NCBI GenBank assembly: GCA_046563655.1
Contig: CM102285.1
Span: 930,001 to 994,000 of the forward strand
Reading direction: 5' to 3'
Origin: Yuukianura sp. NJ FZ-2021
Lineage: Eukaryota
Length of the DNA: 64,000 nt
This document shows, one piece after another, positions 23,351-36,632 of this stretch (the first letter of the stretch is position 1; each line of letters begins with the position of its first letter). The translations under genes and the position numbers were made by a program. The notes beneath the pieces were generated by a model. It saw only the letters and a list, made by a program, of their open reading frames with translations, did no database searches and had not been told where the DNA came from.

Positions 23351-25126
23351 TTATGCACAGCGTTTAGATGCCTCAAGGACTGCCTTCCAAGCATCGATCC
23401 GGCCATGACCAAAGGAGTAGTCAGGGAATTCGTGTTCATTCGGACCGAAGCCGCTACAATCAGGGTCGCTTAAACTAAAAGTTAGGTTCTGTGCTGCAGT
23501 GACCGCTAAAATTTCCTTGGCAAATTCAAAATCCATGGATTCACCACAAATGGACTTGAGCAGGGCCACTACTCCAGTCACATGTGGACACGCCATTGAC
23601 GTTCCAGATCCAACCACGTAAGAGTCATCATGTTGAATTCCCGCAGAAAGAACATCGAGTCCAGGAGCAGCAATGTCCGGTTTATGTTGACCTTCAAAAG
23701 GGGATGGTCCTCTGGAACTGAAATCCGCAATTCCATCCTCTGAAGTCGTGGCTGCGACGGAAATTACTCCAGCTGAAGAATCTGCAGGAGACCCGATACT
23801 TGCGCAATTCGGACCATCGTTCCCGGCTGCAAAAATGGGAATAATATTGGCGGCATGAAATGCCCGTATAGCGGCGTCGTAGAAGGTTAGTCCTCCAAAA
23901 GGGATTCCCCACGAGTTGCTGCAAATTGTCAAACATTTGGTCAAATTGGTCAGACACTTAACATCACATCACACATGAGTTGTTATTTCCCCCAACCTCA
24001 CTACTTGTGGAGCCTTCGAGCAGTCTTCCATGGTTCCATCGTACGTGTGTGGACAAAGCATGAATTGAGCGCACTCAATTAATTTGGAAACTTGTCCACC
24101 ATCTACACCGAGCCCTCTGCATGCAATCCACTTTGCCCCAGGCGCGACCCCAATTCCAAACCTACGCAAATTACGGTACACGATTAACTAATGTTCACTG
24201 AATCATAGATATTTCTGTTTACCCTCCAGCAATTGTTCCTGTCACGTGAGTTCCATGTCCGTCGGGGTCAATGGGGTCTTGACTCGCAGAATACGGATCA
24301 TACCAAGAGTACGCGTCCCCACGATAACTGTCTCTGATAGCTGCATGACTAAACATGACACCAGTGTCAATGATCCCCACGGTCACTCCTTGTCCAGTAC
24401 CAGCAATGGCCCAGGCCTCTTTTGCTTTGATTCTCTCAATGCCCCACACTCCGTCGCCGACCTTCCAATCTTCAGAAGCTGCACTTGCGATGGTATCGTC
24501 CAACGGAACCACCATTTCTTCATGGATTTCCTTCACTTCATCCATATTTGAGAGCAGAGCGATGAGAGCAGAATCGGCAGACTCAATGTAAAGTTGGTTT
24601 GAAATCCACAAGGACTTGACCTTGAACGAGGTCAAATTGCCAGACTTGAGCAGAGCTAAAACAGATGCCTGTGACCGCTTGGCGTGGGACATCAGAGTCT
24701 GGTATACCTGTTGGAAAACAACAAACAAGCGTCAAGAATTTAGAGTAGGCCCTGGATTGTTTGAAAGGCCAGGAATTCTAGTAGTAAGTATTTTACTTAA
24801 TCGATAATTCAGAGCACAGCCTTGTAGTCTCGTATTTAAGCGATGGTTGGTTGAATAAAGTTAAGTTATGTATGCAAAAGATGATAAAACCATGTACTCT
24901 TATTTCTTAACAGTACCTGCGTTGCGGTCAAACCGCGTTCGTTCTTTTGCTTCTGCGTAAGAGTAGACAGGACCCCATTCGTTTCTTCAAAGGACACCAG
25001 GATGTGGACAGTGCCCTTGACTTTCAGCGCATGCTCAATTCCTCTATCTACTTTACTCCCGAACCCAACGCCCGATGCAGAGTTCAACACAAGTTTCAAC
25101 ATTAGTAGGTACAGAAATAACTTCAT
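23351..25126 (-). CDS. Secreted S8 subtilisin, bacillopeptidase F-like; 4 exons (about 25126-24918, 24708-24223, 24161-23997, 23918-23351)
   Basis: Signal peptide and pro-domain. Catalytic triad motifs IIDTGV, GHGTHVTGT and GTSMACPHV. Also GVAPGAKWIACRG, NSWG, FAAGNDG, FSSRGP and KPDIAAPG. Confidence 0.92.
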
Positions 25127-25980
25127 TTTCTCAACTTCCTTACGTTATTCGAGTTTTTTAGAAATACTTCTCAAAAGTGAAAAATAGATTTTTGATGTTT
25201 TCTTTGCGAAAGTGGCAAGGATTATATAGGAGACAAATTGTGAAATTCAATTTTAGCACAGGGTCAAATGTATCAAAAAAAGAAATTTCGGACAAGTTAT
25301 GGAAGAATATAAAATATTAACATCAAATTCAGAAAATTATTGAGAAAAAGTAGGTTTAAGTTTTTCAAACTAACTATTTTTACTAGTTTCCGTTGATTCA
25401 TATCCTCTGCAACATAAAATATTTTCAATTTCCAAGCAGTTGGACATTAAAATTCGGAAAATGTGTCTTGATGAATTCCTAGTATAAAAAAAATTGGAAC
25501 TTCCTATTTTAATGGAAAATTTACTACTTAATCTTGCAGCATTTTTTAACTACACACCTTGTATTCGGTGTCATCAGAAGCATTAAATCCATTTTCCACG
25601 TCAACTAACTTTCCAGAACGAGTTTTTTCTCTGAATTTTCGTAATTCTAAGTTAGCAATATTATTTCTGCTTCTCTACTCAAATTCCTTGACACAATTTT
25701 AAAAAATAATCCAATGAAATGGGAAATTTTTTAGATTAGAAGCTCCAAGGACTGAATGAATTTCAAATTTCAAACTTTTTAATGTTGAAATCCTTCTAAA
25801 ATGTTGACATAAATGTTGAACGTCTGTGAGAAGACGTATGTCATCGTCCCGTATGACCGCGCTAATGACGTGATGCTTTGTAAACTGTTTGACTTTTATT
25901 GTTTAACGATAATAATCGATTAATTAGTCGAATTATTCAACATTTAGCGACAAGTTAAATTTTTTAAGTGTTAGGTTTTA

Positions 25981-28900
25981 TTACGCCTCTTTGTTTTGCT
26001 TTGCGAGCTCCTTTTCATTGTTCTTGACAAACTCCTGAAAAAAAAAGTGTCGGATTAGTTTAGTTAATCGAAAGTGGCGCCCACAAATTAATAATTTAGA
26101 AAATAGAAAATTTAGAAAATTGAAAGTTAAAAATTAACTGCGCCGGCTCAAACTCACCATTAAACCTTTGCTCATGTAGTACGGTTTCTGGCGACCGTCG
26201 TTCATCTCACAGTCTTCACAGAAACAAATGAACACAGTATCGATAGTCATCTAAAAGTAGTGTTTAATTAGTTTAGATTAATTAGAATTAACCATAATTA
26301 GTTAACATTTTAGTCACCTCGTAGATACTAATGAAACAATGGGCGACGAAGTACGAGAAGATTCCGCCCAAACTCAATGGCACCCAAATGTGGGTCACGT
26401 TCGCTTTGCTCTAAAAAATGAAAACAAACAAGTTCAAAATTTTTTTCAAAATTGAATTTTTTTTAAAATTTCAATTTTGAAGTTTTGTGCAAAATCACTT
26501 TGGTTCACTTACGCTGACGATTTCGTAGCCAATGAAGACGCTGAGCGCCACTACACTCAATTTGGCCAGAAACAGCACAAAACTGCCAATGGAATTGATG
26601 GTGACGAGTCGCAGTGGATTGTTTGCAATTACTTCGAACGCTTTTTTTGCCGATTTACAAAAACTCTTACCGTAAATAGCTGCAAAACAATAAAAAATTT
26701 CCGCATTTAACTTTGAGAATTCCTGCAAATCAGAAAAACTTTTGTAACTTACCAATTTCGATATAAGCGTTTTCGTTTAGAAAATTGAGCAATCCCTCGA
26801 GACACCATGTGAAACATTTGCAGCAGCAGCAAATGGCACGACAACAAGCATTTCCGGCGCCAAGTCGATTTTGAATTGCAGTCAAAATGTAACGAATCAC
26901 TTTGACAATGGCGATAATCAAGGATCCAAAGGCAACCGAACCCAAGTGGTTCCAGACTAAACGTCTGTAGCTCAGTGCCAGCGGGAATCCTAGTCTTGAT
27001 TTGTCTCTGCAAAATTCAAAACAAAAGTTTAAAAAAACGCGCCAAAAGAGCGACTTTGAAAAAAAAAAATCGGCGTAATACTTATACCTAGTAAAGTACC
27101 AAATCGAAACGGCTCCAGCGACAACCAAATGTTGGCATCCCAGGATGAACTGAACCATCCACAGGATCATGAAAATGTTCCACCAGCGGGAAAACTTGAA
27201 AATTCAAAATTCCCGCCATTTTCAAATTTCAAATTCCTCAATTACATATTTGTTCACAAAATTTGTCTTACTATAGTTATTGTATTCATTTCATAATGAC
27301 AAGTTTGACCCTCTACTACCGGGGTTCCACTGGTCTCTATCAACAATGCGATGACCATCCAGCAAGAAACGGCTATTCCAAGGGCTACGAAAGTCTATGT
27401 TAAAAAAAGTTAGCCTTACTATTTCAGTTAGGTTGAAGTTTTTTAGCCTAACATTAGGTTTCTCATTAGGTTGAGTATGACGTGACCTCGAGGTCAAATG
27501 ACTTACAACGAGAGGTTGGAACAGAATGAATGGCAGAGCATGAACCGCTTTTCCCGCCACATTAAACAGTTTGATGAGCAGAGCAATTCGTTTTCTCACG
27601 CACAGCAAAACGATTAGAAGAATAAGCTAAAAAAAAAAAGCATTTAGATTTTTCATTAATTAGGGAGTTTGTGTTATAAATCATTTATAGAATTTATAGA
27701 AAGTATAGAATTTATGGTGAGAAGTGACGTGACGTCACTCTTTAAACTTTTCGAATCTCCAAAATTTATAAACACGTTTTATAAGTGCCATAAATGAAAA
27801 AATGTTTGGAAAGTGACGTCACGGATTTGAGATCGACCAATCGCGAGAGCCGTAACAAAACGGGTGGAGGGGTGTTAAAAAAAGGGGCGGGACTTGCTAA
27901 ATTCTATACTTTCTATAAATTCTATAAATGATTTGAAACGCAAACTTCCTATTAGTAATCAAATTTTTCAATAATCCACTAATGCAAATTCAATGTCCGA
28001 TTTCCCATAATCTCTATAATCGATTAAATTCAGATTCTTTTTTAAATTTTGAACGGCGGAAAAATAGATTAACTGCTATGTAATTTAATTGTTAACTTTA
28101 ATTCTTAAACGATTAACTTTTGTTTTCATTTTGAGAAGCGGGAAAATCGATGAACTTGCGTTTTTAACTATGGAATGGCGGGAAAATGTACTAAAATTTG
28201 AAATTACTGTTAGAATTGTGACGAGAATTGCAGAGACTAAGAGTGCAGTTACTTCCGTGGAACTCCATGACCCTTGACCTTCGTTAAATTCCGAGCTTCT
28301 TGACCACCAGAGGATCCACAGAGCAATGGAACCACCAATGGCAGAGAGCGAAATGGCGCCAACTATAGTCCAAATTATGACACCAGCGAAGATACGCAGC
28401 AAAATTGTAACAACTATGGCAACTCCTAAAAAGTACAAGAATTTCTAAATTTTCAATTCAGATTTTCAGAATTTTGATGTTCGGCCGTACCTAATGAAAT
28501 CAAGCAAATCCAGAGAATGTCTAGCCACGACGACTCGACATCCTCGGTAACTTCCTGGAATTTGAATTTTGAATTTTTATTTGACCAAATGGTGCCCTGT
28601 TGACAGGTCATTATACCAGGAAAAGAATTTTTTTTTAAATTTAAAGTTTCAAAGGATTTCAAAATGTGGAAATGTTGAAAATTTTGGTGAAAAAATGTTT
28701 TGATTTAGAAAATGAGAAAGAAAAAGAATGAAATTCAAACTCAAACAAATTCAAACTTCAAAAATTCGCGTGACATCATCCACGGCATCAGTGACGTCAT
28801 CAAGCGTCAGAGCTTCGATGTTGATCCGGGCAGTGCGATTCTCAATTTCGAAATTTCTTCGACTAACGCAGCGGTTGAGTATAACTTTGCTACAGAAAGA

Positions 28901-30001
28901 TCAGAAAACCCAATTTGTTTTTCTTTTTTGGAAAAAAATTTTGTGAAAGAAATGATAGATTTTCGAAAAATTTTACCTGTCAGAAGGACATTTTGTTTGA
29001 CATTGTCGAACTCGAAGTGCCCGTGGCTTCAGAGACCTCGTGACCCCGAGATCACCCAACTGCAGTTCAGGAGAAAAACGGAAAGTACTGTTTTTGAAAA
29101 ATTTCGGTCGTTGCTGTTTTTGTGTGACCAGAAAGTGTGAAAGACGCAAGTCTTTTCCCGAGTTAGCCACGCCCACTCTTGCGTCATTTTGGATTCCGCA
29201 AATGTCACAGTTGAGGTCAACGCCGTTTGTAAATCTCCGCAAATCTCCATTGATGATAGCATAAATTGCAATTGTGAGCTTCACAAAAAAACACAAAGAA
29301 AATAAACTGCAGTAAACCGGTGTACGTAAGTAGCAAAAGATTTGCAAGCAGCACAGTATAACACACTACGACGATGAGCGAGCGGTAATATGAAAAAAAG
29401 GTTGACCTTTGACATGGAAGGGGGTCCCTTGGGGTCATAGAAATGATGTACACAAAAGTTGTTGGTATAAATGAGAGCAGGCAGACAGAGAGACAGACAA
29501 ACAAACAGCAAAACAATACATAAAGTAGCTTTCACAACTTAATGAAATGAAAATTGCGTGTTTCGGACGTCAACTGTAATTTTTCAGTTGAGTGAACTTG
29601 ACTTCCTGCTTCTGTTTTTTTTTACAAATGTTTGCAAAAATCTTGCTTTTTACAAGCTATGCAAAAACTGTTCTTTGCAAAACAAAAAAAATTTTGCAAA
29701 CTTACGCTTAGGCCAATAGCGGCAATGAAGAAGGCCAAACATATCATATCTCTGCACTTCCGCCGCTTCTCAATAGGACTCTGTTCTTCCTCATGACTAC
29801 TCTCATAATCGTCTTGAAACCTTGGAGATCCACTGCTTATCTAAAAAAAATTCAAAAAAAAAAATGAAATTTTTAAAAATTTTCATAAAATTTTGAAACA
29901 CCAGGTTGTTCTTGACATACAAAGAAAATGCGGTCGGATGTGGATGAGTGATACACCCGAATGTTATTAGTAATCACCAATCCACAACATTCAACCAGCA
30001 T
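25981..30001 (-). CDS. Choline transporter-like protein (CTL/SLC44 family), multi-exon
   Basis: RKCRD..CL, GDLRRFTNGVD..CDICG, RKRIALLIKLF, WMVQFILGCQH..VAGAV..WYF, HLGSVAFGSLII, NAYIEIAIYG.SFC.SA, YEMTIDTVFICFCED. The start codon is tentative. Confidence 0.88.
27661..27951. mobile_element. MITE with ~54-bp TIRs in a CTL intron; related degenerate copy at about 57319-57600
   Basis: TAGGGAGTTTGTGTTATAAATCATTTATAGAATTTATAGAAAGTATAGAATTTA is mirrored at the right end. The internal GTGACGTCAC..GATTTGA.ATCGACC.ATCG...GTAACAAAA block is shared with the 57.4-kb copy. Confidence 0.8.
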
Positions 30002-31038
30002 TTCAAATTTTGGAATTTCATTTTCGTATATTTTTGAAATAAATTTTCGAAATTCAATTTTCCACCAAACTCAAAACAACTTTTCACAAAATTTCTTAAA
30101 ACAGTTTTGTGAAGATTTGAAAAATTGAGAAAAGTGAACACTTTTATTGCTTCAAGATTTCTATCTTCGCTTGCAAAATAACTCACAAGAACTGACAGTT
30201 TTCTGGAAGTTTTGGCGGTTTTTTACGAAAAGTTGGAACGTCTTTTGGTATGAAAAGTTACGCTGTGCAAAAAATACTTCCGTAAGCCACGCCTCCAAGT
30301 ATCTGACAAGCATCGTACCTGCCACACGCCCACCAACTGACATCTGAGAAGCTCCAGTAGCTTTCAGAAGTCGGATGTCAATATTGACTTTCGTTCAAAC
30401 CAGAAATTTCAAAAAAAAAGAGTGCAAATACTACTGTATGTCCAAAAAACTTCTAAAAATACAGGATATTAAAGTGCCCGGAAACAAGAGAACTTGCGAA
30501 AAGTTTGAATTTCATTTGCCTAATTTGTTTGTTTATGTTTCTCTTAAGTTTCAGTGTAAAAAAAATTGGAACACGGAAGTTTTCAAAAAAGTCGAAATTT
30601 GTTTTTCTCTGCTTCTAAACAAACTACGTTTTCAAAATTAATTTGAAAAAAAAGTGAGAAAACGACAAAAAAAAAGTTTCAAAAGAGCGTTGACTTCTGT
30701 CAAAAAACTAATTTTGGAAGCCACATGTGGCTTGAGCAGTTGACCTACATTTGAAACGGTGAAACGCCGTGCACCATGCTATTGTTAGCACGGTGCTTTT
30801 GGACAAGAATCTTCCCTGAATTGATTTCACATTTATCAAAACCACAAAAACATATCAAATGACACTGTCTCTTTCTAATCCCATGACTTTGTCACAGCCA
30901 ATCACATTCAAACTGTTTCAGAAACATAAAAAAAAGGAAATTTTTCAAATAAAAAAATCGAATTTGACAAGAATTCTAAAATTTCAGAAAAATTTCTTCT
31001 TCTGTTAGTCGTAAACCCGCTTCAAGTTTGCAAAAATT

Positions 31039-31483
31039 TCAGTTCTAAAATTCATTTCCCTTTTGTTTTTCAATTTTTGAAGAAAAAAAACAGCTTTTTT
31101 GAAACTTTTTTTTCTCGAATTGACACTATACTTACGTCGTATTGATGAGCATAGTAAGGAACTTGTTGTTCGTATGGATTTCTAGGCAATGGGTATCCAT
31201 ACTGGTCGTATCCTGCGTAACCCTGCGCAGAAGCAAATTGATGGACTTGCGCAGGACCATATTGGTAGCCCTGGGCCTGACGTCCATAACCTCCAGCGTC
31301 AAAAGCTCGATTGTCATAGTACTGCCCAGCAACAGACACTGGTGGCACTGACACTACTGAAACACTGTACGGTGATCGATTCCACCCTCCGGCATTTACA
31401 TTTTGATTATTTGGATTTCCAGCCTGACGCAATGCTTCTTCCCGCCTTTTTTCGTGGTTCCGCCAATCTTTCTTTGGTGGCAT
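31039..31483 (-). CDS. Small orphan Gly/Tyr/Gln-rich protein with a basic N-terminus (main exon 31483-31136)
   Basis: MPPKKDWRNHEKRREEALRQ...GGYGRQAQGYQYG...YAHQYD followed by a GTAAGT donor. Base composition is coding-like relative to the flanks. The 3' end is uncertain. Confidence 0.45.
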
Positions 31484-33282
31484 TCCAGCAGGTCACGATG
31501 GGTCACAGTCTAAAACAAAACTTTAACTCACGTCAGCTTCAACTTGTTAGTCTTTACGAAAAATCACTTTTTCGAAAATTTGAAAACGAAGACACACTTT
31601 TGTCAAAACTTTGAGACCAAAAACGGACTTTTATGTCAATTTGGTAACAAAAAACCACTTTTTGAAAAGAGGCGTTTTTTCATCACTTAAATGCAAAGGT
31701 AATGTAGTTACTTTATCTCGCACACGAAATCTAACCACAATCAGTGCACTTCAGGATAAATGTAATGACTTTTTTCAACTTTTTTCCAATTAATTTTGAA
31801 GCAGTTTGTCATCCTTCAAGAGCAACAAAGTTTTGTACCGTACAGAAACAGCTGTAAACCATAAAAGATAAAGTTCATGTGAACGTTCATGCGCAGAACG
31901 TTCACAAACTATGCACAAACGGACATCCGCTGCGCATGCGTCCTACCTGCTAAGTGGTAGAAAACTTAACTAAAATGGAAATCCAAGATACATTAGGTAT
32001 GCTGCGATGAATCACGGTTTTTAGTCTTCCTTTAAAAAACAGGACTCACATGAACGTTTTTACATAAGGTTTTTCCAATTCAGGTAAATATGCTATTGTT
32101 AGTGGTGGTGTGGTTGTGCAAAATCTTTGCGCGATAGGGATACTAGGCTCACAAGCAGGAAATTTCAAGGCAAAAGTTAACGTAGCGTTAAACTTAAGTT
32201 TTCTTTTTGTAATACATATACTATTTTTATTATATATTTTTATTGTTGGGCCAATGAGTTAGAATCGATGCGTTTGAAACCAATTCCACTGCTTGTGAAA
32301 ACATCACATCAAGTTAAGTGAACCATAAAAGTTATCTGTTGGAGTCAAGTACACTTCGCACTTGACAAAAAATGGAGTGTTGATGATGTGCGATCCAATT
32401 TGCAAATTTTAGCAATCGTTGCAAAAAAAAAAAAGTCTGCTGCAGATGAAATGAGGACTAGAAATTGTCAGATTAGCTAAGGTCAACTTGACCTTGATGC
32501 AAAACTGGAACAAAAGAGAGAGACAACACAGAGGAGATACGCGTTCGTCAAAATTGGCAATTTACTATAAAAAAGAGTTTTTTTTTCAATAACAAAAAAA
32601 TCGAAGCAGAAAATCACTTGTTTAAAAAAAAATGACAATTTGTAGATTCGACGGACCGATTTTAGCAATTCCCGATTAAACCGAAATAAACTGTAAAGTT
32701 AGAACTAATTCAGATGACTAATTTTTGAAAATAAAATTAATGCGTAAACACGACCAACGTTAAAATTCATGCTTTAAACTTTGAAAAGTTACTCGTACAC
32801 TTTATTTTTTTTTCAAATTTGTATTTTGCAATTTTCAAGTTTTTAAGACTGAAGCCCATATGAGTTCTAATCAGCGTTTCTTAGAAAATTTGGCACTTGG
32901 AAACTACAACTTAAAATCATCGCTATTCTTATCTATATTTGATGTCTAAAAGTCAATGATAATTTAACATTCAACTTAGAATTTTAAGTTAACTTAGGTT
33001 AAAGTTTAGAGTTGTCCACACGTCATTGGTTTTTCTCTGACTCGTTTTTGGTATCGTCGTGTGTGACACCAGTTTGTTATGATTTTTCATTGAATCGTTA
33101 AAAAAAAAATTAGCGACGCAAGCCCTATAAATAAGACATGCAGAACAGCTAGTTTTCAAATTGCAACACAACACGCCAGAAAATTTTCAACTCAAAAACA
33201 TTACACTTACAAGAGTTCCGCAAATCCTCCAATTTATAGAAACATTTGAATTTTGCAAACTTGCAATTTTTTCATACTAAAG

Positions 33283-33805
33283 ATGTCGAAAGTAGTTTTT
33301 GTGCTTGCGATTTTCCTATTGGTTGGTTTAGTTTTCGGAGAGGAAGCGGGTGGTAGAGGGCGCCACGGAGGAAATCATTTGAATAAAGTCGCATATCGCC
33401 CCGGAACCTTTGACCCCGAAACGGGCATTATCAAGGGATCAGGTATACCATGGTCATTTCTTCTTTTTCAAAATCGAAAAATTTTGAAGTTTCAAACTTT
33501 GAAATATATGACATTTGCAGTGAGGATGGGGACTTGTAAATCTTCTGAACCGTCACCTAACCGACCAATTGGACCACAACTTGAAAAAGTTTGTACGAGT
33601 TGTATCGAAGGGATTGTGCGATTCTGCGCACTGCGTTTAGGTCAGCCTGTAACTACACAGCAGCCCGCCACCACTACTACAATTCAAATTGCACCAAGTA
33701 CTAAGGAATTTCAATTTCAATTCAAATTTTTTTTTTAATATTTTTGAAAAAATAGGAAAAAAAAACTAACAATCGCATTTTCTAGGTAATGCATTGGACA
33801 TCTAA
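33283..33805 (+). CDS. Secreted 4-Cys peptide, paralog 1; exons 33283-33442, 33521-33697, 33786-33805
   Basis: Signal peptide, then DPETGII|...C-x18-CTSCIEGIVRFC and a Thr-rich tail. TATAAATA at 33126. Confidence 0.75.
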
Positions 33806-34298
33806 TTCTGCCAGGACTCACAAGAACGAACCGCGTCCTTGTGATGTTTAATTGCTAAAACTTCAAGTTTTTAATGTTTTTTGAATTTCAATAGCTTCGT
33901 TCCGTTTCATTTCTTTTTTGATTAAAATCGTCGTTTTACAACATGAAAACACATTGCTTGCCCTTCAACTTTAAATTTATGAAAACTTCCGAATTATTAC
34001 AAATTCGACTAGACAGAAGCTGTTTCTTTTCTCTTCAAAAATTTATTTTGTGTCAGAGATTTTGAAAATGAATGTGTGTAGTGGCAAATTTCGGGTTTTC
34101 AAGAAAATAAACTAACGCTTAGAAACGGGACAGACAGACAGACGGACGGAAGGACAGACGGAAGTAGAATTATAATAATGTATTAATGTATATTCAACAA
34201 CTTTATTATGTTAGAAATATTAAGTGGTGTAAAATGGCCAATCACGCTTACGTGTTAAACAGAAAATGAAATTGAAGAAGGAAAAGTTGCCTTTAATT

Positions 34299-34754
34299 TT
34301 AAATCCGCTTGGCATGAAGAGCAGGCGTATTTCCGCAAGCAGTCGGAAGCTCCAAGTATTCAATTTGAAATTGTTCGTCCCAAATGTTCTCCAGAATGAT
34401 TTCTGGAAGAGAACTTCCATCTGTGGCTACTTTGACGTTCTTAATCCGTGGGTCAGCCACAAGGTCATTCAGTATCATTCCGTTGGATGGTTCGGTGGAT
34501 TCGTCATGCAACACTGGTTTCCAACAGTCCAACGTGTAGCCGGCTTCATTTGGGCTCAAACCAAGGACCATCCATCCAACAGGTCCCATGCTCACACCGA
34601 CTGAAACAGCAGCAGCAGTTTCCCCTGCAGCAGTAGTAGTAGTTGCAGCAGCCACAGCGACTCCACCAGTTGCCGTAGCACCACCCGCCGTGGCAGTGGC
34701 CGTGGCCACAACGACTGGTGCAGCAGCAATTACCGCCACGGCAAGCACAGCCAT
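34299..34754 (-). CDS. Uncharacterised protein with an Ala/Gly/Thr-rich hydrophobic N-terminus and a globular C-terminal domain
   Basis: Intact 151-aa ORF. GPVGWMVLG...YTLDCWKPVLHD..PSNG..DPRI..ILENIWDEQF..LP..HA looks like a conserved folded domain. A splice acceptor lies just upstream (34767). Confidence 0.7.
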   Translation of the reverse strand: MAVLAVAVIAAAPVVVATATATAGGATATGGVAVAAATTTTAAGETAAAVSVGVSMGPVGWMVLGLSPNEAGYTLDCWKPVLHDESTEPSNGMILNDLVADPRIKNVKVATDGSSLPEIILENIWDEQFQIEYLELPTACGNTPALHAKRI

Positions 34755-34790
34755 GTCTACCGAAACCTATAATTATAATAGTGTCGTGAA

Positions 34791-35051
34791 CAAGGTTGCT
34801 ATAGCAACGTAATAGTTTTTCTTTAACAGGTTAAGCGATAAGTACTTTTTTTAAAATCCTATTTTTCTACCTTCTACTCCTTTTCTACTTTGAATTTGCC
34901 AATCCCGATTGAATTTTTTAAAACCATTCCAACCGCGACTAAAGCATGATGAACCAAGTTTTGCTAATTTTTTAACTAAATTTAAAAAGTTCAAGTTGAG
35001 TTATTGCGTAACCTGTTGAAGAAACAACTATTTTCTTGTTTATCAATCTTG
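34791..35051. mobile_element. CAAGG-ended MITE
   Basis: CAAGGTTG...CAATCTTG termini and internal TTAACAGGTT...AACCTGTT, as in the copies at 45.0, 55.8 and 61.3 kb. Confidence 0.6.
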
Positions 35052-36632
35052 GTGTCGTTCGTTAGTCTATACCGAAACTTTAAAGTTACAATTTGTCTCG
35101 AATGACGTGGGCAAGCTTATGATTTTTTTTTTTAATTTTGTGAATTTTGTACCAGTATGAAACATAAAAGCTATTATAAAAAAAATTTTTTTTTATAATT
35201 TTTTTTTTATAGGATTTGAAAAAAAAGCTGAATTTCAGAAGGCCTAAATTACTTTTCTCATCCTACCAAGAGCATAAATACTTTTTTAAAGGAACTTTTT
35301 AATTTTTTGTTTACAAACCTTGATAAATACCGTAAAACTTCTAATAGAACTCCGACGTCTAATAAAAGTCCGAATGCAAGACCTGGCTTTTGTTGGAGTC
35401 CAGTTTCTATTAAAACATGATTTTTTTTTTAAATAATTAGCCGTTTTATGCTTATTTGGTCAAATGTCTTTTGGCTGAATTACCTGGAGCAGTATTGTCC
35501 GTGCTGTTTTGGTTTTAAAGTCGCAAGCCTGGTTGTCGTTTAGCGTAAACGAAACCAAATGAATCGTAACCTTCAGTTGTACGGATGAAGTGATACTAAA
35601 AAGTATCTGGTTGCATATATTGTTCGTTGGGCTGAAGCGTTTGAAATGCAAGAAAAATGCAAAAATAACACAGCGATAGGCAAGAAATCAAAATACAGAT
35701 ACACTTCTTAAGTAAAAGCTGTGAGTAAAAATAGTTCCAAGTAAAATACAAGGTTATGGCTGTGAGTCATTGCTCTGGTCGTCCATTTCACGTTATTAGG
35801 TCTTGTTACGTCAGGCTAGGCTTCGTTGGTTCTTGTTTTTCGCGCAGGATATTGGTGACCTTGACTTGTGATGTTGTTAGCAGTCAACCAAAAACCTTAT
35901 TTCCCCTTCAACTTCAAAATTATGAAAAATTCAGAAGTGCAAATTTGACTATACAAAAGCCTTTTCTTTTCAAAAAAAATTAATTCCGTGTCAGAGATGT
36001 TTTAAAATGAAAGTGTCATGTAGGGGAAAATCTTGGATTTTGAATTTGCAAATAAACTTTCGCATACAGACGGACGGAAAGACAAATGGACAGAAACACT
36101 AAAGCAGCTTTCGCCACTAAATAATCAATAAAAAAAATCGGTATTTCGCAAATTTCGACCTGTTCATACCCTTGACCTCCAAAATTTGTAATTTCTCTAA
36201 AGAAGAATGTGTTTGCAGTGATCAAAAAAATTAATGCAATGTCAGGATAGCCGATTCTTTGGAACATCGCATGCGCGGGAAGTTTTGAAAAAAAAAATTC
36301 ATTGTTTTTCTTGGAAATTTTTCCTCAGCTCTGTCGACTTGTAAAATCCGGAAAAATAAAATGCAAAATGCGGCCAAGAATTTTTTTGAACTTGATTAAA
36401 ACTTGGTTCAATGTAGAACAAATTACCTCAATACAATTTTCGCTTCTGTTGTGGCATAACTAAACTGAATTGTATAAATTAATTACAGTTTTATACAGGA
36501 AACCGTGAGCTATAAATACTTTAACCAATTGCAGGATCAAGAAAAAACGAAAGTAGACTAAAAACTTACGAACAAAATTTTCTAAAAAAAAAAAAAAAAA
36601 AAGTTCAAAACAAATTTTGATTTTGAAAAAAA

